A DNA stretch of 64,000 nt from a virus (lineage: Duplodnaviria > Heunggongvirae > Uroviricota > Caudoviricetes). The notes beneath the pieces were generated by a model. It saw nothing but the letters and a program-made list of their open reading frames with translations, ran no database searches and was not told where the DNA came from. The position numbers and the translations under genes are program-made. The DNA is taken from IMG/VR virus record IMGVR_UViG_3300005437_000011; one strand, given 5' to 3'. Positions 1-8,962 of the stretch are shown here, piece after piece. Each line of letters starts with the position of its first letter. The first letter of the stretch is position 1.

Positions 1-131
1 CACCTCCCCGTGGTCATTCCTACTGATGATCACTGCAGTCTTGATCGTCAACGGGTTAAGCGGGATCCGTGACCCTTTCGTCGTCTGCGACCAGAGCACG
101 GTCGCCCCGCATTGAGAGCATTTCCCAGTCG

Positions 132-557
132 TCACGTGACCGCCTTCCTTGCTTCGTTAGCCTCACCATATTTCGTGAGCGCATATTGCGCGGTCTCTTC
201 GTTCGAGAACGGCCCGATGCTCACGCCTGCCTCCGGGAACGCCCACAGCTCACCACCAACTAGCTCAACGTATCCGCGCCCACGAATCTGCACCAGTGGC
301 TCGGACCCGTCGTAGGCGCGCTGTATCGCCTCGAGAGCAGAAGCAAGCGGACCTGAGAGCGGCGCCCCTTGTGCTTGGAAGCGCCGCAGCTCCTGGATTG
401 CGCTAGCAATGTCCGCTTGGACGTTGCTGATGTCCGTCGGGCGTTGCTTTACACGGCATGTTCCGCAGAGCATGCCGAGCTCACGATGCTCCCCGCCGCA
501 GCCTGGGCAATCACTAGCCGGGTAGGTGCCCGGGAACAGATGGACGACCTCGGTCAT
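132..557 (-). CDS. hypothetical protein with CxxC...CxxC zinc-ribbon-like motifs
   Basis: 141-aa ORF. Cys pairs CPGCGG and CGTC. Part of the colinear minus-strand gene string 132-2680 with short overlaps. Confidence 0.4.
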   Translation of the reverse strand: MTEVVHLFPGTYPASDCPGCGGEHRELGMLCGTCRVKQRPTDISNVQADIASAIQELRRFQAQGAPLSGPLASALEAIQRAYDGSEPLVQIRGRGYVELVGGELWAFPEAGVSIGPFSNEETAQYALTKYGEANEARKAVT

Positions 558-895
558 TTAGGCAGCTCCACGATCGGCTGGACGCACAGAAATGCTCCGT
601 CAACTCGGTTGCCGCGTACGAGCAGCTCTAATGAGCGTCCGTCCTTAATCAGTAGGTAGCCCTCACCGTTACCGAGGTCTTTGTAGCGAATCTCGGTGGC
701 CCCACAGAATTCAGCAAGCCGTTCCATCTGAAGCGCGTGAAGCGGAATGGCCGCGTTCACGATCTTCGGCTTGACCTCGCGCAGGGCTGATTCGAGGGCG
801 GAGCGGACAACAGCCGTCTCGTCATCGACGGCCTGTCCCGCCCATTCGCTCAGCGTGTCTAGTGCCGCTAGCGCCTTTTGGAGCTGCGCGTTCAT
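554..895 (-). CDS. hypothetical protein
   Basis: 113-aa ORF. 4-bp overlap with the downstream gene (translational coupling pattern). Confidence 0.4.
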   Translation of the reverse strand: MNAQLQKALAALDTLSEWAGQAVDDETAVVRSALESALREVKPKIVNAAIPLHALQMERLAEFCGATEIRYKDLGNGEGYLLIKDGRSLELLVRGNRVDGAFLCVQPIVELPK

Positions 896-1122
896 GACCC
901 GCGCACCATCGCTTCCAGCTCGCGGGCTTCGAGCATGAGTGCGCGCGCGGTGGCGAGGTTTGTCTCGGCAAAACGCGACTGCTCGATCGCTGAGTCCAGG
1001 TTTCCGTCGTCGAGCTGGACCTGTACTTCGGCAAAATGGATCTCGGCGAGCGCCACGAACTCGGCGATGGAGTCCTGTAGTTCACCTGCCCCCGCTGGAG
1101 CTTGTAGCGCGAGGTTAGACAT
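892..1122 (-). CDS. hypothetical protein
   Basis: 76-aa ORF in the same operon. Confidence 0.3.
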   Translation of the reverse strand: MSNLALQAPAGAGELQDSIAEFVALAEIHFAEVQVQLDDGNLDSAIEQSRFAETNLATARALMLEARELEAMVRGS

Positions 1123-1124
1123 GG

Positions 1125-1511
1125 TCAGCCCTTCTTGGCGTAGTAGCTCGTCGCTCGCTTCTGGCCTTTGGTGGAGATCGACTTGTCCGCCACTAGCTTC
1201 TTGACGGGCAAGTTCAGCTCTTTGGTCGTAGTGGACATACCGATCGCGATCTTCTCGATGCGCTCCCCGGGGTGTTTCGAGATGTACGCGAGGAGGCGCG
1301 CAGTGAGGGCGTCCAGCTCGGCCGGGGTGCGCTTTGCGCCCTTCCCGCCAGCGGCGGCTTTCGGTGACTTACCCGGATTCTCCGAGACGACACCACCGTT
1401 GCCAACGAGCTCCGTCAAAGCATGGATGATGTCCGCTCGGATGAGCACGTCGAGCTTGGTGGCGAAGTCTTGGATCAGAGCTTGGATCTCGGCAGCGTTT
1501 TTGGATTTCAC
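1125..1511 (-). CDS. Lys/Ala-rich putative DNA-binding protein (histone H1-like / nucleoid-associated-like)
   Basis: 128 aa. Central KSPKAAAGGKGAKRTP tract and basic C-terminus TKGQKRATSYYAKKG. Composition-based call only. Confidence 0.4.
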   Translation of the reverse strand: MKSKNAAEIQALIQDFATKLDVLIRADIIHALTELVGNGGVVSENPGKSPKAAAGGKGAKRTPAELDALTARLLAYISKHPGERIEKIAIGMSTTTKELNLPVKKLVADKSISTKGQKRATSYYAKKG

Positions 1512-1543
1512 TGTGTCCCCTTGATTGGTGTTGATGGTTGGAA

Positions 1544-1951
1544 TCAGATCGAGTCTTGGTGGTCGTGGTGTCGCGTGTCCCGTTCACTGGTGGTGACCGG
1601 CTCGCGAGGGTTTACCGGAGGATGAGCGTGGTAGCGCTCACCAAGCAGCTTGCGAGCGAGTTGCATTGCGTCGGCGATCACTCGGTCGAGTACCGTGACA
1701 GGAACGCGGAGCACTGGCGGATCGACGGTTTGCATTCGGAAACTGCCAGGGCGCAGCCATGAGTCATCGCCACTGACTAGCCACCCCTCACTGTTTAGGT
1801 AGGCCCGCGTCACGAATTTGACGAAGCCCGAGCGTTCCCTGTGGAGCTCGCCGTAGCGGCTGCCCGCGTTACGAACGAACGTGTACCTGGAGGCGGTCAC
1901 TTGACCACCGCCTGGCGCCCGGAGAAGCCGAGCGATCGCCCAGACGACCAC
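1544..1951 (-). CDS. hypothetical protein
   Basis: 135-aa ORF in the operon string. Confidence 0.3.
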   Translation of the reverse strand: MVVWAIARLLRAPGGGQVTASRYTFVRNAGSRYGELHRERSGFVKFVTRAYLNSEGWLVSGDDSWLRPGSFRMQTVDPPVLRVPVTVLDRVIADAMQLARKLLGERYHAHPPVNPREPVTTSERDTRHHDHQDSI

Positions 1952-2154
1952 TCATCGCGAGTCTGCGCTACAGCAGGACGCCCGTAGCAGGTCTTGCTCG
2001 CGGCGAAGCGCTCAGCGTAGTCCCGGGAGCTCGTCCAGAATAGAGAGATCGCTCCGTTGCGTTTCGGCCCGTAGAACTTGACGAAGTAAGCGAACACGGT
2101 CTCCGTGGGACGTTGGTTCGAGCGGGTGATGGTGTAGCGCGGGGAGAGGCTCAT
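1897..2154 (-). CDS. hypothetical protein
   Basis: 85-aa ORF. Confidence 0.25.
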   Translation of the reverse strand: MSLSPRYTITRSNQRPTETVFAYFVKFYGPKRNGAISLFWTSSRDYAERFAASKTCYGRPAVAQTRDEWSSGRSLGFSGRQAVVK

Positions 2155-2576
2155 TTACCGATCTCCAGCAGCGCAGCGCGCGCCTTTGCCAGGTGACGCT
2201 CGAGCCGCGCGACGGCGACTACCCGCTCAATCTCGCCCAGCGGGCCAGGCTTATTGAGGTCGGCTGCGTCCTCTGCTGCCATTGCAAGCCAGTCACGGGC
2301 GCTAGCGGCGAGCTGCTCGTCGGTCGGCTTCTTGATTTCGACGGTGCCGCCGGGGAATTGCAGAAACTGCGCCTGCTCGACGGCATGATCGATCGTCGCC
2401 AGGGCGCGATCAAAGTCGGCAAGGTGCGCGGCTCGAGTCTCGGCCGCAACGGAGCTCCCAAGCAGGGCAGCATTGAGTTCGCTCATCGGCAGCTCGCCAC
2501 ACGTCGGAGAGGGAGAGGCGTGACCGTCGCAGACTGAGTCTTGCGCAGACTGGGACGGCTCAGCTCTTCTACGCAA
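2151..2576 (-). CDS. hypothetical protein
   Basis: 141-aa ORF. 4-bp overlap with 1897..2154. Confidence 0.4.
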   Translation of the reverse strand: MRRRAEPSQSAQDSVCDGHASPSPTCGELPMSELNAALLGSSVAAETRAAHLADFDRALATIDHAVEQAQFLQFPGGTVEIKKPTDEQLAASARDWLAMAAEDAADLNKPGPLGEIERVVAVARLERHLAKARAALLEIGK

Positions 2577-3180
2577 ACCCCGGTCGTCTCAATGACCCGG
2601 CGCGCAGCCGGGAATGGCGCGCTGCTCGGGGTAGATTCCTCGATTTGGATGGTCAGTTTAATGGTTGTATTACGGGTCATGGTGGTGCTCTCGATTTGCT
2701 GTGAAATCCCTCCAGAGTGTCCCTCGGGTCGGTCGTGAACCCGAGGCCAGCAACGGCGGCGGCATCTAGGGCCGTCTACTCATTGCCAGCCTCGGAGGCG
2801 CGACCTAGGCGGCGAGATTGAGGAATTTCAGGGCGAGGCGACCGGGGCGGTTCGCTTGCTGCGACATGAGTACTACCATACTCGCGAGTACGAGGGTACG
2901 CAATAGCCGCGGGCGCAAAATCGACATGGGGATCAAAAAAGATCCGTCGCACCCCAGACCACCTATCTATAGACGGGTGACTTATTGTCGTCAGTCCGTC
3001 GACTTTTGCGACTACGGTGGCCGACTACGTCCGAATGCGAATGTCGCCTTCCGAGACGGACGAGGGAACATGGGAATCAAGATTGCTCAATTGGGCGGAC
3101 AAAAGATCGCAATGGCGGAGTCGTCGGATCCGCTGCGGATCGCTATTTGCTCCGCAGCAATCGCCCGGGACGCGCTTCAG

Positions 3181-3636
3181 TTATTGCCCGAGTTGAGGCG
3201 GATGTTGGGCAGCGGGAGCGGCCAGTTTCGCCTGCTCGACCTGGAGCAGTCGGACCCAATATTCCCAACCGGGGTCCGACTCGAGCTCATTGTGGGCCAA
3301 GACGGCATCGATCGCGGCCCGCGGAAAGCCCATGACATAGGCCCCGAGAAGGACACGAGGCCGAGTGGGGTACAGCCCATCGCCAGAAAAGTTGATCGAC
3401 TCCGGAGTGGGAGTTCCGACCCCAAGTAGCAACCAATCAAGGGACACCCCCGCGGCCTTCGCCAGCTTAGCGAACGTTTTTGCATCACCGGAAACGCGCG
3501 AGGGGTCTTCGGACATCCGCCGCAACAATTTGTTGACGTTCGATGGCTCCTTGATCTCGGCTCTGCGGCACCATTCGCGCTCGGACCAATCATTGAGCTC
3601 CATGATGAAGCGCATCCGAGAAATTACCGTATCCAC
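3181..3636 (-). CDS. cI-like HTH (XRE-family) repressor
   Basis: 151 aa. HTH signature FAKLAKAAGVSLDWLLLG. Transcribed divergently from a Cro-like gene, as in a lambda-style switch. Confidence 0.65.
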   Translation of the reverse strand: MDTVISRMRFIMELNDWSEREWCRRAEIKEPSNVNKLLRRMSEDPSRVSGDAKTFAKLAKAAGVSLDWLLLGVGTPTPESINFSGDGLYPTRPRVLLGAYVMGFPRAAIDAVLAHNELESDPGWEYWVRLLQVEQAKLAAPAAQHPPQLGQ

Positions 3637-3728
3637 GAGCTGAATCCTAACAGGTCGCGTACCAGGATGCGCGGCCTCTGCGGTTTATAGTTGCGCATGT
3701 TGGTACCCGTGAGTATATGGGTACTCGG
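3637..3728. promoter_or_regulatory. divergent switch region between the cI-like and Cro-like genes, with repeated GGTAC/GAGTAT half-sites
   Basis: Half-sites GTACC at ~3672, GGTACC at 3703, GAGTAT at 3712 and GGGTAC at 3720. AT-rich ttatagtt lies between them. Confidence 0.45.
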
Positions 3729-4004
3729 ATGAAAACGCTTGCGGAGAGGCTCAGATGGGCGCGTGGTAAGACTGGCTTAAGCCAGAGGGGGCTTGCAAAG
3801 CTGGCGAAGCTCAAGTCCGAGCGGCATATCTGCCAGCTTGAGACCGGTGAGCGCCTCAATCCGGAGCTCAAGACGCTCACGGCCATTGCAGACACGCTTG
3901 GTCTCCGCGTCGGTTGGTTGGCTAGCGGAGAAGGCGATGCCCCCGAGGAGACCGAGATCCGAGCCGCCGTCGTAGCCAGGGAAGCCGCGAAGGGAGCCGC
4001 CTGA
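3717..4004 (+). CDS. Cro-like HTH (XRE-family) regulator
   Basis: HTH GLSQRGLAKLAKL...TLTAIADTLGLRVGWLASGEG. The true start may be the second ATG at 3729. Confidence 0.65.
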   Translation: MGTRMKTLAERLRWARGKTGLSQRGLAKLAKLKSERHICQLETGERLNPELKTLTAIADTLGLRVGWLASGEGDAPEETEIRAAVVAREAAKGAA

Positions 4005-4300
4005 TGTCCAGGGCGCTCCGCCTTCGGGCTCGTTCGGTTCTTGTCGAGTCGCTTTCGCGGGCGATGGCCGATACTGGGTCGACGCAACGCGCTGTCGCGG
4101 AGCAAGCGGAAGTCTCTCCCATCACGGTGCGTCGATGGCTTCATGGCGAGACGCCAATCAACGTCGAAGCGGTTCTTTCCTGTCCGGGCATTGGCGAAGC
4201 TTTTCGAGAGCACCTCTGCATTCATGTTCATGAGGCCCCTCGGTCTTTGCCGGTCATTCTGCGCGCCCCAAAACGGAAGACGAAGCGCGGTGCGCGGTGA
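4004..4300 (+). CDS. HTH DNA-binding protein
   Basis: STQRAVAEQAEVSPITVRRWLHGET is HTH-like. Confidence 0.45.
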   Translation: MSRALRLRARSVLVESLSRAMADTGSTQRAVAEQAEVSPITVRRWLHGETPINVEAVLSCPGIGEAFREHLCIHVHEAPRSLPVILRAPKRKTKRGAR

Positions 4301-4707
4301 TCGCTGGAGTCCGTCGCCCATGGCGAGCATCTTCGCAACAGAGTCTGTTACCCGCCAGATGCGCAGGCGTGCAGGTCAAAAGCGTCACGTTCGGTGATCC
4401 TGCGTCATCACCGAACAGCCTGACCATCGCGCAACAGCGATCAAGGCGCCAGGTTGCCACCCGGTTGCTCCGCATACGGGAGGCGTCAGGCCTTTCCCAA
4501 ACGGAGGTCGGCGAGCGCGTTGGCATCTCCAAGCGCGCAGTGGGCGGTCTAGAGCGAGCTGAGCACCGCATGACGGCGCTCGAAGCCTTCTTGTTCCTGT
4601 TCGACCGCGTCGTCGAGGAGCAGGGATTGGATGCGGCGCTGGCGGCGATCCTGCCCGACCACTTCAAACCAGCAGAGCAATCCGCACCGGCAAAACGGGC
4701 GGCGTAA
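4297..4707 (+). CDS. HTH XRE-family regulator
   Basis: LRIREASGLSQTEVGERVGISKRAVGGLERAE. The start is probably downstream of the ORF-track start. Confidence 0.45.
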   Translation: MIAGVRRPWRASSQQSLLPARCAGVQVKSVTFGDPASSPNSLTIAQQRSRRQVATRLLRIREASGLSQTEVGERVGISKRAVGGLERAEHRMTALEAFLFLFDRVVEEQGLDAALAAILPDHFKPAEQSAPAKRAA

Positions 4708-4733
4708 CGAGCACACACGAGGGACGAACAGTA

Positions 4734-5465
4734 ATGCCTAAATTGAATCAGATTCTTGCTATCGAGAAGCAAACCAAGGCCAGCGCATCGGCTGACCTGA
4801 CCGGCGTGTATCACCAACTCCAGAAGGAGGCGCTGCTCAATGGCGTTTCCCGGACGTATGCAGCCAAGGACGACGACGGCGAGCGCTTCCCGAGCGAGAG
4901 CCAGATCGTGCAACTCAATGTGGCCAAGCTGCTGGAGACGGTAGCGAAGTCGCTGACCCCGCTCTACAACGTCACCGCGCAGCGCGACATCGCGAACTGT
5001 TCAGCGCAGGCGGACGTTGTGGTCGATGGCGTTACGCTGCTCACGGGCGTACCGGCGACGCATCTTCTATGGCTCGAGAAGCAATTCATCGACCTGCACA
5101 CCTTGATCTCGAAGCTCCCTGCGCTTCCGCAGACCGAGACCTGGACGTACGACGCGGGACAGTCGTGCTGGAAGACAGCAGCCGTCGAGACGGCGAAGAC
5201 GAAGAAGATCCCGAAGGCGTTCGTGAAAGCGCCCGCCACCGTCGAGCATCCGGCTCAGGTCGACGTGGTGCACGAAGACGTGATCCAAGGCTACTGGACA
5301 ACGGTGAAGTTCTCCGGGGCACTGCCGAAGGACCGTATCCAGACTCTGCGGGAGCGCATCGAGAAGCTGCTCGCCGCCGTAAAATTCGCACGCGAACAAG
5401 CCAATCTAGTTGAGACGGTGAAGGTCGATACGGCCGGCCCGCTCTTCGGCTTCCTCTTCGCGTGA
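4734..5465 (+). CDS. hypothetical protein (243 aa)
   Basis: Long clean ORF with an ATG start. No motif recognised. Confidence 0.5.
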   Translation: MPKLNQILAIEKQTKASASADLTGVYHQLQKEALLNGVSRTYAAKDDDGERFPSESQIVQLNVAKLLETVAKSLTPLYNVTAQRDIANCSAQADVVVDGVTLLTGVPATHLLWLEKQFIDLHTLISKLPALPQTETWTYDAGQSCWKTAAVETAKTKKIPKAFVKAPATVEHPAQVDVVHEDVIQGYWTTVKFSGALPKDRIQTLRERIEKLLAAVKFAREQANLVETVKVDTAGPLFGFLFA

Positions 5466-5890
5466 GCAAAAGACCACCAATCTCATTTTCATTATGAAAC
5501 TGACGCCATTCACGTTGCGGGGTTCCGACCCCTGTGCTCGTTCGATCCGAGCCGTCCCGACCGCGCTCTGCGCGATCTCTATTCCGGGACGTAGCCCAAT
5601 TTGGCAGAGGCACAACGTGGCGGCAACTGAGTCTGAAGCTGTAGTGGAAGACTCATTACTAGAAGCGTCTCGCCAATCGAACGGTCGTTGCCAATTTTCC
5701 CAATACACCGGTTCAAATCCGGTGGTCCTCTCTGTGCTTCGTAGCTCGCTACGGATCGCTGAGAGGACCTCGTCTAGCGGTAGGACATTGGGGTTTAAAA
5801 GCTCAGCGACGATCTTAAATGCCGTGGCGGGAACTAAGCTGAATAACAACAGAGCCCGGGGAGACGGATATTCTCCTCGGGTTCGCCTAT

Positions 5891-5965
5891 TGCAGGATGG
5901 GGAAGCCCGGTTATCCCGTCGCGTTCATACCGCGAAGAGCGCTGGTTCAAATCCAGCTCCTGCAA
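5891..5965 (+). tRNA. tRNA-Met (anticodon CAT; could alternatively be a lysidine Ile2 type)
   Basis: Hand-folded cloverleaf. Acceptor TGCAGGA/TCCTGCA, D-stem GGGA/TCCC, anticodon stem TCGCG/CGCGA with loop TTCATAC, 5-nt variable loop, T-arm GCTGG-TTCAAAT-CCAGC, discriminator A, no encoded CCA. Confidence 0.55.
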
Positions 5966-6149
5966 CGAAGATTGGAGGCAGTCATGCGGCAACCTGGGAA
6001 AAGCCCCGGGGCGCGGAATACGCGCTGAGCCAACAACACCAAATTCTCTGTTCGAGTGGTGCCCATGGTGGGCTTGTAGGAACGCAAGTTACTAGGGCGC
6101 GTAGCGGAGCTGGGACGCCGGCATTGATGCGAAACGCCCGCAACGAAAG

Positions 6150-6229
6150 CACGGTGTGGCGTAGCCTGGTAGCGCGCCGCGGAAGCGCGAATTACGCGGA
6201 GGTCGCCGGTTCAAATCCGGTCACCGTGC
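6150..6229 (+). tRNA. tRNA-like gene with atypically extended anticodon arm
   Basis: Acceptor CACGGTG/CACCGTG, D-arm GCGT..GCGC, T-arm GCCGG-TTCAAAT-CCGGT and a 5-nt variable loop all fit a tRNA. The anticodon arm is CCGCG-(13 nt)-CGCGG, or an 8-bp stem with loop GCGCGAA. Confidence 0.35.
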
Positions 6230-6234
6230 CCATG

Positions 6235-6316
6235 AGGGGCGTGACGCAATTGGAGACGTGTCACGGGAGCGAGCTCGAGAACGTGATTGATGCCGGTTCG
6301 AATCCGGCCGCCTCTC
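6235..6316 (+). tRNA. tRNA-like gene with 16-nt anticodon loop region
   Basis: Acceptor AGGGGCG/CGCCTCT (one G-U), perfect T-arm GCCGG-TTCGAAT-CCGGC, anticodon stem TCACG/CGTGA enclosing 16 nt. Starts 5 nt after the previous tRNA-like gene. Confidence 0.35.
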
Positions 6317-6446
6317 CTCACCCAACGCAATTGAGCAAACGGGTACTTAGTGCACAGCCAAATGAGACCGCCACCCGGTTGGCGTCCATCGCCTTGAGCG
6401 TGATGGGAAGCGCTGCGGCGCGGCCGGATTCGATTCGAGGTGCAGC

Positions 6447-6689
6447 GTGAGCGCGCTTGGCATTCCTCGCCAGCCTCTACCGAGAGGAGCGCGCGCATTC
6501 GTTCTGCGCTTCGTCGCCTCCGGAGCATGGCGTTCTGAGCTGACCATCATTCGCCACTTTGCTAGGCGCTACACGCAGACGGTCGTCGAAGACACACTGT
6601 TTGAATTAGTGCTCGCGAAAAAAGTAGCCTGGTTTGGCGCTGAAGACCCCAACGGCCACCTCCCGCTTCGGTATCGGGTGACACCGTGA
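6447..6689 (+). CDS. hypothetical protein
   Basis: 80-aa ORF immediately upstream of the HNH gene. Confidence 0.25.
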   Translation: MSALGIPRQPLPRGARAFVLRFVASGAWRSELTIIRHFARRYTQTVVEDTLFELVLAKKVAWFGAEDPNGHLPLRYRVTP

Positions 6690-7291
6690 AGCGCTCACCC
6701 TTCAGGCCGAAGCCTTTCGACCCCAAGACGGGCGATCTCCGCTTCAGCACGTTCAAGCGTGCGCCACTGGACGCTGCTCGGGATGCGAGCGATCGCTCGA
6801 CGCTGAAACGGAAGACGCCGCTGCGTGCGAAGCCTCCCCTGCCGGCGTCGACCCCAATGGGGCTGGTGAGCACGATCAGACGTGTAGCCTTGAAGCGAGA
6901 TCATGAATCACTCCGCCGTTCGAAGGCCATGCGCCGGGCGCGGCTCGTCGCACGTATCAAGGTGCGCACCGTCGAACAGGGTGCGGATCTGGAATACCTG
7001 GCTTGGGTACGGACGAATCCCTGCTGTCGCTGTGGGGCCTCAGCGCCAAGCCACGCACATCACGAGATTCTGAACGGCCGAGGCAAATCGCAAAAGGCAC
7101 CGGATGCGCGGACTCTCCCGCTTTGCTTCCGGTGCCATGACGACTTCCATGCCGTCCGCGGGAGGTTCGCCGGCTTCACTCGCGAGCAGCGTCGCGACTT
7201 TCAAGAGGTAGAAATAACGCGGCTGCGCCAGGTGCATGCTGGGCTACTCGATCACGGCATCGCACAGGAACCACTTCCACGGGCTGTCTGA
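6686..7291 (+). CDS. HNH endonuclease
   Basis: CCRCG...HAHHEILNGRG...CFRCHDDFH, which is an HNH/zinc-finger motif pattern. Confidence 0.6.
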   Translation: MKRSPFRPKPFDPKTGDLRFSTFKRAPLDAARDASDRSTLKRKTPLRAKPPLPASTPMGLVSTIRRVALKRDHESLRRSKAMRRARLVARIKVRTVEQGADLEYLAWVRTNPCCRCGASAPSHAHHEILNGRGKSQKAPDARTLPLCFRCHDDFHAVRGRFAGFTREQRRDFQEVEITRLRQVHAGLLDHGIAQEPLPRAV

Positions 7292-7300
7292 GGTAATTTC

Positions 7301-7657
7301 ATGAACGACCATCAACCGACAATGATCCGGGTTCCCGAAGCGACCGTCGCTGGCCTGGCAAACGCCTTTTTCTCCTACCAGGCAAAGATCTGCACGGACC
7401 TGCGCGCGGCCTGCTCCATTCTCGATGGCCTCGACTCGTCGCTACCGACGTCTAGCTCAGCTGCCGCGCTGCACGAGCGGGCATCCATGATTCGAGCCCA
7501 AGCACGCCAGGCTATGGCATCCGCCGGCGAGCTGGCTGCTGTGGCCTCTTCTTACGAGACCTTGGCCGCGGTTCTGACCGACTCACTAGCGGTTCTACCA
7601 GTCGAGGTAGCGCAGGCGGCCAAAGCGACGAACTCGGCGAAACGCCGCAAAGCCTGA
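7301..7657 (+). CDS. hypothetical protein
   Basis: 118-aa Ala-rich ORF. Overlaps the 3' end of the minus-strand HTH gene, so it is uncertain. Confidence 0.25.
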   Translation: MNDHQPTMIRVPEATVAGLANAFFSYQAKICTDLRAACSILDGLDSSLPTSSSAAALHERASMIRAQARQAMASAGELAAVASSYETLAAVLTDSLAVLPVEVAQAAKATNSAKRRKA

Positions 7658-8039
7658 ACCCTTTACGAGCGAAAGCATGTTCGGAACCACGACCTGTCAT
7701 CAACCACTCGGCATCCACGTCGAGCGCTTCGGCTATTTGGAGCAGGAAGAATGCCGAGATGGCTACTCCTCGGCGGCCGGCAACGATGCCCGCCACTGCC
7801 CCTTTAGTTTTTCTCAGGTGGTCTTCGATGTCTCGGTAGGTGATTTGCCGCGACTTGCAGATCACCTCAATTCGAGACGCGACACCGTCACCCAGGTCGA
7901 GCGCCTCCTGACTGGCCGGGTTTCCGTCTGGGTTCCTGGAATATGCACTGATTGCCATCACACCGATGGTGGTCACGTGACCACCAGGAATCCAGCTGAG
8001 CGCGTGATCAGTGGAAGCGCGCTGCACTTTTCTCGGCAA
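7512..8039 (-). CDS. HTH XRE-family regulator
   Basis: ISAFFLLQIAEALDVDAEWLMTG is an HTH. The likely real start is the internal Met near 7958, which places the GGTCAcgTGACC palindrome (7969-7984) just upstream. Confidence 0.45.
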   Translation of the reverse strand: MPRKVQRASTDHALSWIPGGHVTTIGVMAISAYSRNPDGNPASQEALDLGDGVASRIEVICKSRQITYRDIEDHLRKTKGAVAGIVAGRRGVAISAFFLLQIAEALDVDAEWLMTGRGSEHAFARKGFRLCGVSPSSSLWPPALPRLVEPLVSRSEPRPRSRKKRPQQPARRRMP

Positions 8040-8658
8040 TTGCCGAACTTATCGAAGGAATTTCGTCATGACTGTGACTGAAAAGGCTGGCTGGTGGGTC
8101 GTGGTCATCCTGGTGGTGATCGCGCTGTCGATGGCGTTCTCGGCAGTGGTCAGTGCTGATGTGCCGACGCTGGCAGATCGCGTCGCTGCTTTAGTCCCGC
8201 GCTTCGGCTCCAAAAAGGTCGAGCTCGTGGACGCGCAGGAGTTCGGTGGGGCGGTTGATACAGCCTGCAAGCACGACCGCGAGTGCGCCGCACGGTTGGT
8301 TACTCAAGCAATCATGGAGTCCGGTCTCTCGGCTGCCGTGGCTCGGTCCGAATACACAGAGCATCAGGGCGACGCCTACACCGACAAGAACGGAGTTCGG
8401 CTACATCGCGCTTGGGGCCTGTTCCAAAACTGGAAAAACCTGCACAACGCCGACGTGTGGGGATCCGACGATCTCCTAGTGCAAGCTCGTGCGGCTCGGG
8501 CCATGCAGCTCGGTGCGATCGTCGAATGTCGCGCATTCCGCGAGGTGCAGCCCGAAGTCGGCATGTGGCGCATCCTTGCAGGCCGAGGCTGTACCGGAAT
8601 GTGGGATGGGGCAGAGAAGCGGATGCAACTTCTCGCGCGGATAAGGCGGGCTCTGTGA
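8011..8658 (+). CDS. membrane-anchored protein with lytic-transglycosylase-like ES...GLFQ motif
   Basis: TM helix AGWWVVVILVVIALSMAF. MESGLSAAVARSEY...RAWGLFQNW resembles the SLT catalytic motif. The start is probably the internal Met near 8068. Confidence 0.35.
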   Translation: MEARCTFLGNCRTYRRNFVMTVTEKAGWWVVVILVVIALSMAFSAVVSADVPTLADRVAALVPRFGSKKVELVDAQEFGGAVDTACKHDRECAARLVTQAIMESGLSAAVARSEYTEHQGDAYTDKNGVRLHRAWGLFQNWKNLHNADVWGSDDLLVQARAARAMQLGAIVECRAFREVQPEVGMWRILAGRGCTGMWDGAEKRMQLLARIRRAL

Positions 8659-8770
8659 CCCCCGGCGATCAGATCCGCTACTGGCGGCGCATGGCGGTGC
8701 AACTGGCCTTGTTCAACATCTTCACCGTTGCTGTGATGACGGCAGCCGTTGCCCTCGGAGCATTCAGCAA

Positions 8771-8962
8771 ATGAGCTCCAAACCCGGCGAAATAGCTGCC
8801 GCCATAAAAGCGGGCTACCGCATCGCAGTTCACAATCAGTTCTTCCCGTTCACTTCTCGCGCCCCGGAGGAGGGGATCGTTCACGCTGTTGTGGACCACG
8901 GAGCTCGGGCCATCTTCTGCTCGCAAGAGTGGAAGGACAAGCTCCCGAAGGGGGACGCCTAA
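8771..8962 (+). CDS. hypothetical protein
   Basis: 63-aa ORF. Its TAA stop overlaps the next ATG. Confidence 0.3.
   Translation: MSSKPGEIAAAIKAGYRIAVHNQFFPFTSRAPEEGIVHAVVDHGARAIFCSQEWKDKLPKGDA

Noticed and set aside
2818-3429. 203-aa plus-strand ORF
   Set aside because: Arg/Gly-rich. It is antisense to the well-supported cI-like repressor gene and otherwise lies in the non-coding gap. This is a typical high-GC shadow ORF.
5700-5779. A complete tRNA ending at ~5731
   Set aside because: T-arm and 3' acceptor strand are present, but no complementary 5' acceptor strand is found upstream. Its complement lies downstream (5771-5779). It is reported only as a fragment or inverted repeat.
5494-6450. 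318-aa ORF on the plus strand
   Set aside because: It translates straight through several tRNA T-loop signatures (GGTTCAAATCC gives GSNP) and a hand-folded tRNA-Met. The region is better explained as a non-coding tRNA or tRNA-like block.
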